From Bacteroidota bacterium (lineage in GTDB: Bacteria; Bacteroidota; Ignavibacteria; Kapaibacteriales; UBA2268), in contig JBLWYD010000012.1 in assembly GCA_048267165.1 (NCBI GenBank), positions 18,466 through 82,465 on the forward strand: 64,000 nt of DNA, in the 5' to 3' direction. Shown piece after piece: positions 39,178 to 49,778 of the stretch (its first letter is position 1; each line of letters opens with the position of its first letter). The translations under genes and the position numbers were made by a program. The notes beneath the pieces are model-generated. The model was given only the letters and a program-made list of their open reading frames with translations, made no database searches and was not told the origin of the DNA.

Positions 39178-40011
39178 TTATATTTTCTTAGCTTCGTCCC
39201 AAAGAACGTCCATTTCTGCTAGTGTCATATCTTCCATAGATTTCCCTAGCTCTGCTGCTCTTTTTTCTATGTATTGGAATCTGAATATGAACTTATTATT
39301 AGTGAAGTGAACAGCTTCTTCGGCAACTATTTTCTCGTGTCTAGCTGCATTGACCAATGAGAATATAACATCGCCGAATTCCTCAGTCATTCGTTCCTTG
39401 TTGCCAGCATCTATCATCTCTTTTAGCTCGTCTATCTCTTCGAATACTTTATTCCATACATCGCTCTTATCATCCCAATCGAAGCCAACTTTGGCAGCTT
39501 TGTGTTGCATTCTCTCCGCTTTTAGCAATGCTGGCAAACCTTTGGGCACACCTTCAAGTGCAGATTTCTTTCCTTCACTTTTCTTCAATAACTCCCAATT
39601 CTTCACTACATCATCTTCCGATTCCACTTTAGTATCGCTGAAAACGTGTGGGTGCCTATGTACCATCTTTTCGTGAACGCTATTGATTACATCAGTGATA
39701 CCGAAAGCGCCTCTTTGCTCAGCAATTACACTATGTAGCAACACGTGAAGTAACACATCGCCTAACTCTTTTGCCAATTCCTTATCGTCATTATTATCTA
39801 TCGCATCCATTATTTCATAAGACTCCTCAATCGTCAGATGGGCTATAGATTTATTGGTTTGTTTCTTATCCCATGGACATTCATTGCGGAGTATTCGGAC
39901 TAATTCCATGAATGCTTCGAAAACATCCTTCTCTAATTTTGGGTTTTTAGGGCTTGGAGGGGTGATATTTTTCATTTTTTCTTCATATTCTTTTGATTTT
40001 TCGATTTCCAA
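39178..40011 (-). CDS. mazG: Nucleoside triphosphate pyrophosphohydrolase MazG
   Basis: LR..CPWD.KQT, EE.YE, ELGD.LL, RHPHVF, W..LK..E, GFDW, EEFGD..F. Confidence 0.96.
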   Translation of the reverse strand: MEIEKSKEYEEKMKNITPPSPKNPKLEKDVFEAFMELVRILRNECPWDKKQTNKSIAHLTIEESYEIMDAIDNNDDKELAKELGDVLLHVLLHSVIAEQRGAFGITDVINSVHEKMVHRHPHVFSDTKVESEDDVVKNWELLKKSEGKKSALEGVPKGLPALLKAERMQHKAAKVGFDWDDKSDVWNKVFEEIDELKEMIDAGNKERMTEEFGDVIFSLVNAARHEKIVAEEAVHFTNNKFIFRFQYIEKRAAELGKSMEDMTLAEMDVLWDEAKKI

Positions 40012-40098
40012 AGATAAGGTACATAGAATTGAAAAAAAATTTTATTAACTTATAAATCTTAAAACAAACAAAATAAATACTTTTTTAGAAGGTAAATA

Positions 40099-40953
40099 AT
40101 GAGTGCAACTAAACCCTATGCTTTAATACTCGGTGCTTCGAGTGGATTTGGTAAAGCGACGGCAAGAAAATTAGCCGAGAATGGATACAATATCTATGGC
40201 GTACACATGGATTTAGGTCAAAACAGAGTAAAAGCTGAAGAATTCAGAGATGAATTATCAGCACTCGGAGTTGACGTACATTTTTTCAATACTAATGCTG
40301 CAGATGATAAGAACAGAGCCGCAGTAGTAGAGGCAATCAAAGCAAATGCTGAAATAGTAGAAGGTCACGAACTAAAAGTTTTAGTACATTCACTAGCTTT
40401 TGGTACGCTTAAGTATTTGGTATCTGAATTCGAAGAAGCTCAATTATCGAAAAAACAATTAGAAATGACAATGGATGTTATGGCTAATAGTTTGGTTTAC
40501 TGGACACAAGATGTGTTCGGAGCAAAGCTGTTTAGTCATAATTCAAGAATATTAGCTTTCACAAGTGTTGGCTCTAAAAAAGCGATGCTTAACTACGGAG
40601 CTGTATCGGCTGCGAAAGCTGCACTAGAAGCATATATAAGACAGTTAGCTATCGAGCTTGCTCCTCACGGTATCTCTTCAAATAGCATATTCGCTGGTGT
40701 TACTGATACCCCTGCGGCATCTAAAATACCAGGTTTCCCTAGTATGATAGATTTGGCTAAAGAGCAAAATCCTTTCGAGAGAGTAACTACTGCGGAAGAT
40801 GTTGCTGCACTAGTATTAGCACTTTGTAATCCAGACCTTCTATTCCTTAATGGTGAAAACCTTAGAATAGACGGTGGGCACGCAGTATTCGAATATTTCA
40901 AATGGGACGAAAAAGCTGAGGGAAGACCGAAACCAGAACACGGAAAATTATAA
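40099..40953 (+). CDS. SDR oxidoreductase, enoyl-ACP reductase (FabL/FabI-like)
   Basis: LGASSGFG, HSLAFG, YxxxxxxK motif YGAVSAAK, GVTDTPA, IDGG. Confidence 0.82.
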   Translation: MSATKPYALILGASSGFGKATARKLAENGYNIYGVHMDLGQNRVKAEEFRDELSALGVDVHFFNTNAADDKNRAAVVEAIKANAEIVEGHELKVLVHSLAFGTLKYLVSEFEEAQLSKKQLEMTMDVMANSLVYWTQDVFGAKLFSHNSRILAFTSVGSKKAMLNYGAVSAAKAALEAYIRQLAIELAPHGISSNSIFAGVTDTPAASKIPGFPSMIDLAKEQNPFERVTTAEDVAALVLALCNPDLLFLNGENLRIDGGHAVFEYFKWDEKAEGRPKPEHGKL

Positions 40954-40976
40954 ATCTCCCAAAATAGAAATCAAAC

Positions 40977-41013
40977 AAAAGCCGAAATAATTATATATAG
41001 TTTCGGCTTTTTT
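40977..41013 (+). terminator. Intrinsic terminator
   Basis: aaaagccgaaa/tttcggctttt stem plus T-run. Confidence 0.85.
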
Positions 41014-41249
41014 CATTTCAACCCACAATCCACCACTTTCCCTATAAAATCACCAAAAATCAATGTTACCATATTGATACAACCTAACGAAATAATTCCA
41101 CTTTCTAAACTATTTCAATATCACCCACTTTCACTCACAAATAATTCAATATCACAACTTCACTATTAGCAATGCATACAAAACTATTTTGCAAATATTG
41201 ATAAATATTTTTTTGTATTTCAAATTATATTTGGTTAATTGCATGTGTC

Positions 41250-41279
41250 AAAGTGGGTAAAAGTGGTAGAAAGTGTGTC
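41250..41279 (+). promoter_or_regulatory. MraZ-binding direct repeats
   Basis: aaagtgggta-aaagtggtag-aaagtgtgtc, 10-nt period, just upstream of mraZ. Confidence 0.85.
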
Positions 41280-41313
41280 ATTTTTCCTATTTGAGTATAT
41301 ACAGGTGTAAAAG

Positions 41314-41766
41314 ATGTCATTTTTTCAAGGTCAGGAAACATATTCTATAGACTCGAAGGGTCGAGTGAATATACCTGCAAAGATGCGAAAAATGCTATCT
41401 AACGAATCGAATGAGACATTTGTAGTAACTCGTGGCACTGATAATTGCGTAGTCGCTTACCCTATGGATGAGTGGAAGAAATACCAAACGCAGTTGCAAG
41501 CACTGAACCAATACGACGAAAAGAATAGATATTTCCTACGTGTATTGCTAATGTGGAGCGATGAAGTTAGTTTGGATTCGCAAAACAGAATCAGTTTACC
41601 CAAGCGATTAATAGAATTCGCTGGTATTGACAAAAAAGTATTGATAATGGGAATGGTGGACAAAATAGAATTTTGGAATCCGGACACATTCTCAGAAAGC
41701 ATAGATAACTTCGGCGAAAGCTATGAAGATGTTGCAAAATTTGTAATGACTAAAAAAGAAGATTAA
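41314..41766 (+). CDS. mraZ: Transcriptional regulator MraZ
   Basis: IDSKGRV.IP and LDSQNRI.LP double AbrB-like motifs, G..DKIE.W. Confidence 0.97.
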   Translation: MSFFQGQETYSIDSKGRVNIPAKMRKMLSNESNETFVVTRGTDNCVVAYPMDEWKKYQTQLQALNQYDEKNRYFLRVLLMWSDEVSLDSQNRISLPKRLIEFAGIDKKVLIMGMVDKIEFWNPDTFSESIDNFGESYEDVAKFVMTKKED

Positions 41767-41771
41767 AGGTT

Positions 41772-42722
41772 ATGGCTAAAGAAAGAGAATATAATTACCA
41801 TGACCCGGTATTACTACAGGAGTGTTTGCACTTCCTAATAGTAGATCCGAAAGGTTTGTACATAGACGGTACGTTAGGCGGCGGAGGGCATACTGCGGCA
41901 ATATTAGAGAAATTGGAGCCAGGTGGCAAACTAATTTCGTTTGATAAAGACCCAGATGCGATAGCACACTGCCAAGAAAGATTTTCTACACAGATAGAAA
42001 ATGGCATGTTACAATTAAGAAACGCAAGTTTCGATGAGGCATGCAGCATAAAGGAGAACGATGGAAAAGTATCTGGTCTTTTGCTTGACTTAGGTGTTTC
42101 TTCGTTTCAGTTAGACGGTAGCAGTCGGGGGATAAGCTACCGATTCGACTCCGAACTCGATATGAGATTCGGAACTGAAGGAGAGACTGCAAAAGAATTC
42201 TTGCATACTGCAAGTGAAGAAGAACTAATCCAAGTTTTTGAGGATTATGGCGAAGAGCCATATTCAAAGAAAATAGCGCGACGAATCGTTGAGAGTCGTC
42301 GTGCTTCTTCTCTAAGCACTACTACTGACTTGAAGGCATTAATAGCCGAAATAGTCCCAGAAAGATTCCTATTCAAATCTCTTTCTAGAGTATTCCAAGC
42401 AATAAGAATTCACGTAAACGCAGAACTAGATGTACTTAAAAACACATTAACTGAAATTATTCCTAGAATAGACAGTGGTGGAAGAATTGTGGTTATGTCA
42501 TATCATTCTCTAGAAGACAGAATAGTGAAAGACATGTTCAAGAAATACTCTGCAACAAGAAGACCATCCGTTACTAGAGATGAGAAATACTATGGCAATT
42601 ACGTAGCTATAGACCCTATACTTAAGACAATCACTAAAACTCCGATTATTCCAAATAAGAAAGAGATAGAGCTCAACAAAAGAGCAAGAAGTGCAAAGTT
42701 ACGAGTAGCAGAAAAAGTATAA
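41772..42722 (+). CDS. rsmH: 16S rRNA m4C1402 methyltransferase RsmH
   Basis: H.PVLL.E, DGTLGGGGH, DLGVSS.QLD, LDMR, FQAIRI.VN.EL, SYHSLEDRIVK, RARSAKLR. Confidence 0.98.
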   Translation: MAKEREYNYHDPVLLQECLHFLIVDPKGLYIDGTLGGGGHTAAILEKLEPGGKLISFDKDPDAIAHCQERFSTQIENGMLQLRNASFDEACSIKENDGKVSGLLLDLGVSSFQLDGSSRGISYRFDSELDMRFGTEGETAKEFLHTASEEELIQVFEDYGEEPYSKKIARRIVESRRASSLSTTTDLKALIAEIVPERFLFKSLSRVFQAIRIHVNAELDVLKNTLTEIIPRIDSGGRIVVMSYHSLEDRIVKDMFKKYSATRRPSVTRDEKYYGNYVAIDPILKTITKTPIIPNKKEIELNKRARSAKLRVAEKV

Positions 42723-42729
42723 CTATAGC

Positions 42730-45700
42730 TTACCAGCTACCACCAAACTTCAATTTCCCTTCCCAATGAATTTGATTCTCATCAGTTTTCACTGTTTCGG
42801 GTGAATTTACATAAGTAAAGTTAAGCAAGATATTCAGCCAATCTTCTTCTGATAGATTAAAAAAGGCATCGAGTGGTATCTCTACTTCTAGTCTAGAACC
42901 ACTGATATCATTAACATTACCACCGAATGACCAACGAGCACCACCGACTATATCACCACCGATTTTTACCCGCGCATCTTCGAAGTTTTCATCGAAATCT
43001 ATCTGGGCACTAAGTCCTAATTTCCCTAACTCTTGCGCTATTTGCCGAGTGATAATATCTGAAGCAATAGTACTTTGTAGATTAATCTCTTGTCCACTCC
43101 CATTACTAGTACTAGTTTGGTCAGAAGTTCTTCCAGTCAAAAGTAGTGAAATAATATCTGAAAGTTTCTTTTCTTTATCACCAATACCAGTTTCACCACC
43201 AACTTCATATTCGAAACGAAGGTCTGGATTCTCCTTAGTGCCAGTAACAAATATCTCAACTTTATACTTTTTATAATCAGCAGTAGTCCCTTCATAAGTT
43301 GCAGTCAAATCAAGTGTCGGGTTAGATATATTTCCCGTAGGAAAGTTTATATCTCCACCAATGTCGAACGTTTTGAAGAATGAAAGCTTACTACCTTCTT
43401 TAAGGATTATACGCCCATACAGCTTAGCTTCTTTGCTGTTTCTATTTTTTACATATCGAATATTACGTAGATTCGTAGGTGTTCCAACAATAACACTTGT
43501 ACTTAAGAATTGGTTGATTTGCATATCAATAAGAGTACGTCCTCTGAACTCTACGTCCAAATCCATATTCAACAAATCAAATAAGCTCTCTGATACTTCC
43601 TGAGCCTTCTTAGTTTTCTTTACTTTTACGCTATCTTCTCTACCATAGGTAGCTGTTACCAAATCACCAGTTCTAGTATATATGAACTTGGAGCGAACGA
43701 GTTGAATCTCTTCTTCATCAGGCATTTTCAAATCAGCTGATTCGATTGCCACATAACCATCTAGATTTGGCTTTTCGAAACTACCGTAAAAACGCAGTGA
43801 GTCCTTTTCAGTTGAAATAATTAGTCTTCCGAATAAATCACTTTTTGCTTTCTGAGTCTCATCGTGCATAACCAAGAATCTCTTAGTTTTCATTCCAATA
43901 TCAAGGCCGGCTATATTCATTTCTTCTAATGTAATATTACCAGTTACATCTGCTACACCTCCACTTAGGTCATCAGGTAAGTTGTATAGCTTCACATCTT
44001 CTAGGAATACTTTATTTTCTTTGAGTATCAACCCGCCTTTCGCTCTGTAGCCAACATTAGTAGCATCAACAAGGAAAGAAGCATTATCAAATCTTACAAT
44101 ACCATTGAAATTTAGACCATCAGGTAAAAGTCCACCCACCAATAGCTTCCCTTTACCAATTCCTTTCAGATAGCTTATGGAAGGTACAAATGGACTGATA
44201 ATAGATAAAGGTAGTGAATCTATCACGAACGACATATCGGCTTGTTTAGTAGTAGAAAATCGATTCTCAACTTCCGTCAACGACAAATCGATAGGGAAAG
44301 AGTTAATTTCACCCTTTACTAAATCAGGCATATTTGATTTATCAGAATAATGATTGATTACTAAACCACCTTTTATTTGCTTGTCAGCATATTCCAAGTC
44401 TGCATTTATATCCCCCACCATCTGCTCATTGACACTTATATCATTAGAACGAACGAAAAACTTCATTTTAGGATTATCAACATCGCCATTCAAAACGACA
44501 TTCATCGAATCTACTTTTCCGTTTAACTGGTCGAATGCTTTTCTCTTTTGTCTAGGAATAAATGATTTGATTGCTTGAATATCTAGATTATTCAAGGTTA
44601 GATTGAAATTGTTGAATCGATTATTATCAGCATTGTACTCACCACCTAGATTGATTCTCTCTTTAGTATTGGGGTTAGTTAACTCCATAGAATTAATAGT
44701 AAACCCACCATCTACAAATTTGGCATCTATAGGTTCACTCAGAGATAAGTTATATTCATTTTCATAGGACAAATCTAGTCGTGAAAATCCTAGTTGAATA
44801 CCACCCGGAATAATAGTAGTATTACCATCGAATGCAATATCTATTTGATTATTGAAATCTGTCTGCCCTGTAAATTTGAATTCCTTCCCATCATATTCCA
44901 GATTAATAGCAGGGTAATTCAAAGTATTTTCATTAATAGAAATTTTCTCATTTGCTTTAGCTTTCAAATTGAAATCAGAGAACACTGCAGAAGAATCCAC
45001 TAGCTTCATATAGAGTCCACCTTCGGCAGACAAACCACGAGAGGTTACAGTCTGTTTACCAGAATTATAATACAAATCTTCTATTTTCAGATTATTTATA
45101 TATAAGGAACTTTCATTATCTTTTGCAAAAATATGGAAGTTTAACTCGGTGTTCATACGTAAGTTGACACCGTCCATAAAAGCAGTTAAGAATGAGAAAT
45201 CAGAAATATTGATTTTCAAATTAGCATCGATTGGGTCAAAAGAACCCATCTTTTCTACTTCCATTAGCACTAGCTTATTAACTAGCTCTTGATCGCTAGG
45301 GATTAGTTTATTCACCTCTTGTGCTATAAAATTATAGAGAGATGAACTCTGGTTTTGAAGCGAAGTCAGAGTATTTTCGAAGTTATAGTTACCTTGAAGT
45401 AATATACTACCGAAGTCAGAATCGAATTCGATTTTCCTATCTTCATTACTGAATTTATCGACTTTCAGTTTGAAACCAAATGGAAAGAAAGCTCTATCAT
45501 CGAATACTATATCCCTAATATCGGTATCGAATTCACCTGTAATATTATTTAACTCTAGCCCTTTACCTTGTAATTTGGAACTACCAGATAGATAGCTAGG
45601 CATTTTTTCATTTTCTAGTAATTGCTTTAGATTAACAGCATTGAAATCTACATTCATATTATAAAGTGCATTATCTTTATCGCTAATATCGAGTAAGCCA

Positions 45701-47289
45701 TGTCCTTTTATATAGCTTTTCTCTGGTACACCAATCGAATACCCCATAGTGGAAGATCCAAATTCTGCATATAGAGTATCTAACCTTACTAGACTGAAAT
45801 TTTCCGATTTCATATCAATTTTCAGTCTAGACATTTTGTATTTATCTATTGAGTTAGCCCCACCATCAAATGTTAGATTGATCGTCGGGTTATCACCTGT
45901 GATGCCTAATAGCTCCGTGTGGAGTTCGCCATTTATGTTAGTTGTAATTGTATTCGGGTATAGCTTATTAGCATTTAGTGCGCTAACTTTACCATCGTAT
46001 TTCACGTCTAATTTATTACTATTTTGCACAACTAACTCACCATTCAAACTACCAACACCTGAGTTTGCATCTAAATCGAAGTGCAGATTGTTAGGTGTGC
46101 CTTTCATTCTCATCAGATTGAAATTTGCAAATATGAAATCAGGCATATTGTTATTTTTCATATTCAAGAATTTGACTACATCATTATAAGCAACGTGAGA
46201 ATTATTAGCCGTCAAATCGAAATAGATTTTATCAGAGTTTGTAACATCTTTTATTCTACCTTTTATCTTCACATTTGAGTTTGGTAACTTCAATTTGAAT
46301 TCTTGGATATTAATATCGTCCATATTCCCATCAGCTTTCAAAGTCATATCGTGTGTACCTCTGAAATCGACTGGTGAATTAAGAAGAGTCATTAGCTCTG
46401 GAATATTCAAGCTTTCTGCTTTAGCATCGAGCATTATCTCGGCTTTTTCGAAATCCCCATCATTGATACCACCGAATATATCTATCCCAGTTATTTTAGC
46501 ATCGAGGTTGAGCTTAGTTTTTCCTGATGCATATTCCAAATCAGTAATACTAACGAAATTGCTATCTATAGCAAATTCTAAGTGCGTTGGAGTTAGTCTC
46601 TTTTTCATTACAGATTCGTAGAACGATAAATTATCAAGACTAGCTTTTAGTTGCTTCTTAGTTGGTCGAATAAATAGTGAACTACTTAAATTTAAATTTT
46701 CAAGATGAAGATTACTTGTATTGAATCCAGATGCGTCTTTATTCGCAGCATAAGGGTCATACATTCTGAAGTCAGCATCTACTAGTCTCAGCTTACTGAA
46801 AAGTATTTTTGTATCTGGTGGAGCGGTAGTGTCCGTCGAAGGTTTTGGTATTTGTGATACATTCCATATTCCTTCCTCGTTACGTAGCATATTGATTTTT
46901 GCGTTATGCAGAACTAAATCATTTATGAATATTTTACCGTTGAGAATTGCTTCGAGGTTTACTAATGCATTAGCTTCTGGAATAATAGCAATAGTATCTT
47001 TATCATCCAAGACTAATGAAACCCCGAATAAATCGGCTGACTTCAAGCTAGTGAGAGTAAAGTCATCTACATTGACTTTCGCATTCAGGCTCTTATTAAT
47101 CTCATCTTCTGCAAAATCTAGTATTACAGTACGAACAGATTTGAATTGGAGAGATACGAATGCACCAGTAATAGTAAAGACAACAAACAGAAGTAAAAAC
47201 AAAACAAGACGCACTATCCACTTCCTAATCCGAGATGGTTTCTTTTGTGCTTCCGCTTTTACTTCCTCTATGTCTTTCTTCTTCTTCAA
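42730..47289 (-). CDS. tamB: TamB/AsmA-like translocation and assembly module protein
   Basis: N-terminal TM, long beta-taco repeats, C-terminal DUF490-like 'G.I.F.TG...NP.LD.TA...V.GT..NP.L.F'. Confidence 0.8.
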   Translation of the reverse strand: MKKKKDIEEVKAEAQKKPSRIRKWIVRLVLFLLLFVVFTITGAFVSLQFKSVRTVILDFAEDEINKSLNAKVNVDDFTLTSLKSADLFGVSLVLDDKDTIAIIPEANALVNLEAILNGKIFINDLVLHNAKINMLRNEEGIWNVSQIPKPSTDTTAPPDTKILFSKLRLVDADFRMYDPYAANKDASGFNTSNLHLENLNLSSSLFIRPTKKQLKASLDNLSFYESVMKKRLTPTHLEFAIDSNFVSITDLEYASGKTKLNLDAKITGIDIFGGINDGDFEKAEIMLDAKAESLNIPELMTLLNSPVDFRGTHDMTLKADGNMDDINIQEFKLKLPNSNVKIKGRIKDVTNSDKIYFDLTANNSHVAYNDVVKFLNMKNNNMPDFIFANFNLMRMKGTPNNLHFDLDANSGVGSLNGELVVQNSNKLDVKYDGKVSALNANKLYPNTITTNINGELHTELLGITGDNPTINLTFDGGANSIDKYKMSRLKIDMKSENFSLVRLDTLYAEFGSSTMGYSIGVPEKSYIKGHGLLDISDKDNALYNMNVDFNAVNLKQLLENEKMPSYLSGSSKLQGKGLELNNITGEFDTDIRDIVFDDRAFFPFGFKLKVDKFSNEDRKIEFDSDFGSILLQGNYNFENTLTSLQNQSSSLYNFIAQEVNKLIPSDQELVNKLVLMEVEKMGSFDPIDANLKINISDFSFLTAFMDGVNLRMNTELNFHIFAKDNESSLYINNLKIEDLYYNSGKQTVTSRGLSAEGGLYMKLVDSSAVFSDFNLKAKANEKISINENTLNYPAINLEYDGKEFKFTGQTDFNNQIDIAFDGNTTIIPGGIQLGFSRLDLSYENEYNLSLSEPIDAKFVDGGFTINSMELTNPNTKERINLGGEYNADNNRFNNFNLTLNNLDIQAIKSFIPRQKRKAFDQLNGKVDSMNVVLNGDVDNPKMKFFVRSNDISVNEQMVGDINADLEYADKQIKGGLVINHYSDKSNMPDLVKGEINSFPIDLSLTEVENRFSTTKQADMSFVIDSLPLSIISPFVPSISYLKGIGKGKLLVGGLLPDGLNFNGIVRFDNASFLVDATNVGYRAKGGLILKENKVFLEDVKLYNLPDDLSGGVADVTGNITLEEMNIAGLDIGMKTKRFLVMHDETQKAKSDLFGRLIISTEKDSLRFYGSFEKPNLDGYVAIESADLKMPDEEEIQLVRSKFIYTRTGDLVTATYGREDSVKVKKTKKAQEVSESLFDLLNMDLDVEFRGRTLIDMQINQFLSTSVIVGTPTNLRNIRYVKNRNSKEAKLYGRIILKEGSKLSFFKTFDIGGDINFPTGNISNPTLDLTATYEGTTADYKKYKVEIFVTGTKENPDLRFEYEVGGETGIGDKEKKLSDIISLLLTGRTSDQTSTSNGSGQEINLQSTIASDIITRQIAQELGKLGLSAQIDFDENFEDARVKIGGDIVGGARWSFGGNVNDISGSRLEVEIPLDAFFNLSEEDWLNILLNFTYVNSPETVKTDENQIHWEGKLKFGGSW

Positions 47290-47402
47290 ATAATTCTTTT
47301 GAAATTCATGATTTTTGTATTATTATGTAAACGTATGTTAATACAAATTTGTTTATAATACTTAAGTAATACAGCAAATGTGATACCGAAATAGCAGGAA
47401 AT

Positions 47403-47840
47403 ATGAAAAACATCAATAATACTATAGTTATAATAGACGACGACAAGTGGATAATCAAATTAGCTCGTAATATGCTTGAAAAATACGGATTTACCGTACT
47501 CGAAGCTGCTACTCCACATGAAGGTCTAGAACTAGTAATAAAAGAAAAACCGCTACTTATATTGCTTGATCTTAGTTTGCCCAATATTGATGGTGATTCA
47601 TTGCTATATTTAATAAAGCACATGTCAATTACTAAAGACACAAAAGTAGTTATACTTTCGGCCCTAATAACCAAAGAAAAAATCAAATCTACTTACCAAT
47701 TGGGTGCTGCTGCATTCATAGCCAAACCATTCGAAGAAAAACTGTTAATACAGAAAATCAACGAATGTTTGGACAAAGATTCAATTAAAAAACTAAAGAA
47801 TGAAACGCCTATAAAAGACGAATTCTTTATTAAAATTTGA
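47403..47840 (+). CDS. Single-domain response regulator receiver
   Basis: IIDDD, LLDL.LP.IDG, ILSA, GA..FI.KPF. Confidence 0.92.
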   Translation: MKNINNTIVIIDDDKWIIKLARNMLEKYGFTVLEAATPHEGLELVIKEKPLLILLDLSLPNIDGDSLLYLIKHMSITKDTKVVILSALITKEKIKSTYQLGAAAFIAKPFEEKLLIQKINECLDKDSIKKLKNETPIKDEFFIKI

Positions 47841-49263
47841 ATACTCTTATCATATTCTGATAGTTTGGTTTATCTTTAGAAAGACCGGCTACATATACAA
47901 CATAGTCTCCTTCTTTTATAAAATCAAACTCTTCTAGTAATTCTTCTCTGAAAGTTACGATTACGTCTTCGGACTTAATTGGCTTATCAACGAATTTAGG
48001 AATTACACCCCAGATAAACGACAATCTACGAGCCACTGATTCTATATCAGTAAAAGCTATTATCGGAACTCTTGGTCTATAGTTAGCTACATTTTTCGCA
48101 GTATATGCTGAACTAGTTAGCGATACTATAGCGGCAGCATTAATCTGGTCGGCTATCATAGTAGCTGCGTGACCTAGTGCATCAGAGATATCTCCATCGT
48201 TGAAGCTAGACTTGTATTTCTCACTTCCGAAAGGATATTTTTCTTCTATATTTTTTATAATTCTAGACATATACCCTACTGCATCGTATGGGTATTTACC
48301 AACACTCGATTCTGCACTTAGCATCAGACAGTCCGAACCATCCATAACTGCATTGGCTACATCACTTGCTTCTGCCCTAGTCGGACGTGGGTTTTCTATC
48401 ATCGATTCTAGCATCTGAGTAGCCGTAATTACAGGTTTACCGAAATAATTACAACGATTGATTATCTCTTTTTGGATTAATGGCACTCTCTCGGCAGCCA
48501 TTTCAAGACCAAGGTCTCCCCTTGCTACCATTATACCAGTAGCTTCTTGGATAATCTCATCTATATTTTCGTATGCTTCTACTCTTTCTATTTTAGCAAT
48601 TATTGGTACTTCTCTTTTGAAGATTTTCATTGCTGTTTTTAATTCTACTATATCTTCTCGTGAACGAACGAAAGATAATGCAACCCCATCTACCCCATTA
48701 TCCAATCCAAACTTCAAATCATCTAAATCCTTTTCACTTAAAGATGGAGCATTACTACTCGCACCCGGTACAACTATACCCTTCTTGCTTTTTAGAATCC
48801 CACCTTTTATTACCTGAGTTTTTATCTCTGGGCCTTTAACATCGATTACTTTTAAGCTAATATAACCATCATCAAGTAATATAGTATGTCCGGGTCTTAC
48901 TTCATTTTTAAGCTCAGTATATTCAGTGCTTACTATTTTCTCATTGCCTTCTTTTAGCTGTTTAGTTGTAATAGTAAACTCTTGCTTATCGATTAGCTCT
49001 ACTCCACCTGCTTTTACATTACCGATTCTAATTTTCGGTCCTTGTAAATCCATTAGGATAGGGATATTTTTACCTGCTATATTGGAAGCAGCACGAATAT
49101 ATTTTATAGTCTTTTTGTGAACTTCGTGGCTACCATGCGAGAAATTCAATCTCGCGGCATCCATACCAGCATAAATTAGTCTTGTAAGATTTTCTGTACC
49201 TGTAGCCGCAGGGCCAATTGTACATAAGATTTTGGTTTTTCTTGGGAATAAATCGTTAGTCAT
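47830..49263 (-). CDS. pyk: Pyruvate kinase
   Basis: RKTKI.CTIGPA, RLNFSHG, DLQGPKIR, IIAKIE, MVARGDLG, TATQMLESM, PTRAE.SDVANA. Confidence 0.98.
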   Translation of the reverse strand: MTNDLFPRKTKILCTIGPAATGTENLTRLIYAGMDAARLNFSHGSHEVHKKTIKYIRAASNIAGKNIPILMDLQGPKIRIGNVKAGGVELIDKQEFTITTKQLKEGNEKIVSTEYTELKNEVRPGHTILLDDGYISLKVIDVKGPEIKTQVIKGGILKSKKGIVVPGASSNAPSLSEKDLDDLKFGLDNGVDGVALSFVRSREDIVELKTAMKIFKREVPIIAKIERVEAYENIDEIIQEATGIMVARGDLGLEMAAERVPLIQKEIINRCNYFGKPVITATQMLESMIENPRPTRAEASDVANAVMDGSDCLMLSAESSVGKYPYDAVGYMSRIIKNIEEKYPFGSEKYKSSFNDGDISDALGHAATMIADQINAAAIVSLTSSAYTAKNVANYRPRVPIIAFTDIESVARRLSFIWGVIPKFVDKPIKSEDVIVTFREELLEEFDFIKEGDYVVYVAGLSKDKPNYQNMIRVFKF

Positions 49264-49384
49264 AATCTTCAACTTTTATTTAATTGTTATATGCAAATTT
49301 ATGTTATTTCCGTATATTATACGTTAATAAACTGTTAGTATTCTCTTAACTTAGTATAATTTAATCAAATATCGAACCAAAAAC

Positions 49385-49774
49385 ATGATAAAATCATCAA
49401 TTTCTAAAGAAACTATAATAAAGACTGGTATTATTTTCGCATTACTTACTGTAGCTATAGGTGCTTTTGGTGCTCACGGACTATCCGAATTGCTTAATGA
49501 GAACGGTAGATTAGAGACTTTCAAAACTGGAGTGCTCTATCAGTTATTTCACTCATTAGCAATATTAGTAGCAGGAATTCTCTATGATAAGTATGACTCG
49601 AAGAAAATTGGGCGTGCAGCAATTCTATTTTCTTTAGGAATTATTGTTTTCTCAGGTTCGCTGTATGCACTGTCAATAACTAATATCGGTATATTCGGAG
49701 CGATTACTCCAATCGGTGGTTTATTGTTTATTATAGGTTGGGTTTACCTATTTTTATCCGTTAAGACTAAGTAA
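49385..49774 (+). CDS. DUF423 (YgdD/TMEM256) membrane protein
   Basis: GAFGAHGL, T...YQ.FH, GI..FSGSLY, GAITPIGG. Confidence 0.93.
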   Translation: MIKSSISKETIIKTGIIFALLTVAIGAFGAHGLSELLNENGRLETFKTGVLYQLFHSLAILVAGILYDKYDSKKIGRAAILFSLGIIVFSGSLYALSITNIGIFGAITPIGGLLFIIGWVYLFLSVKTK

Positions 49775-49778
49775 TCTA

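Noticed and set aside
43049-47293. Plus-strand ORFs overlapping tamB, and similar shadows over apt, pyk, mazG and the RND genes
   Set aside because: Antisense shadows with no independent coding signal
47306-47686. 126-aa minus-strand ORF
   Set aside because: Antisense to the well-supported receiver-domain gene; no motifs
47403-47840. Orphan receiver as part of a novel signalling system
   Set aside because: Stand-alone receivers are common and there is no contextual link
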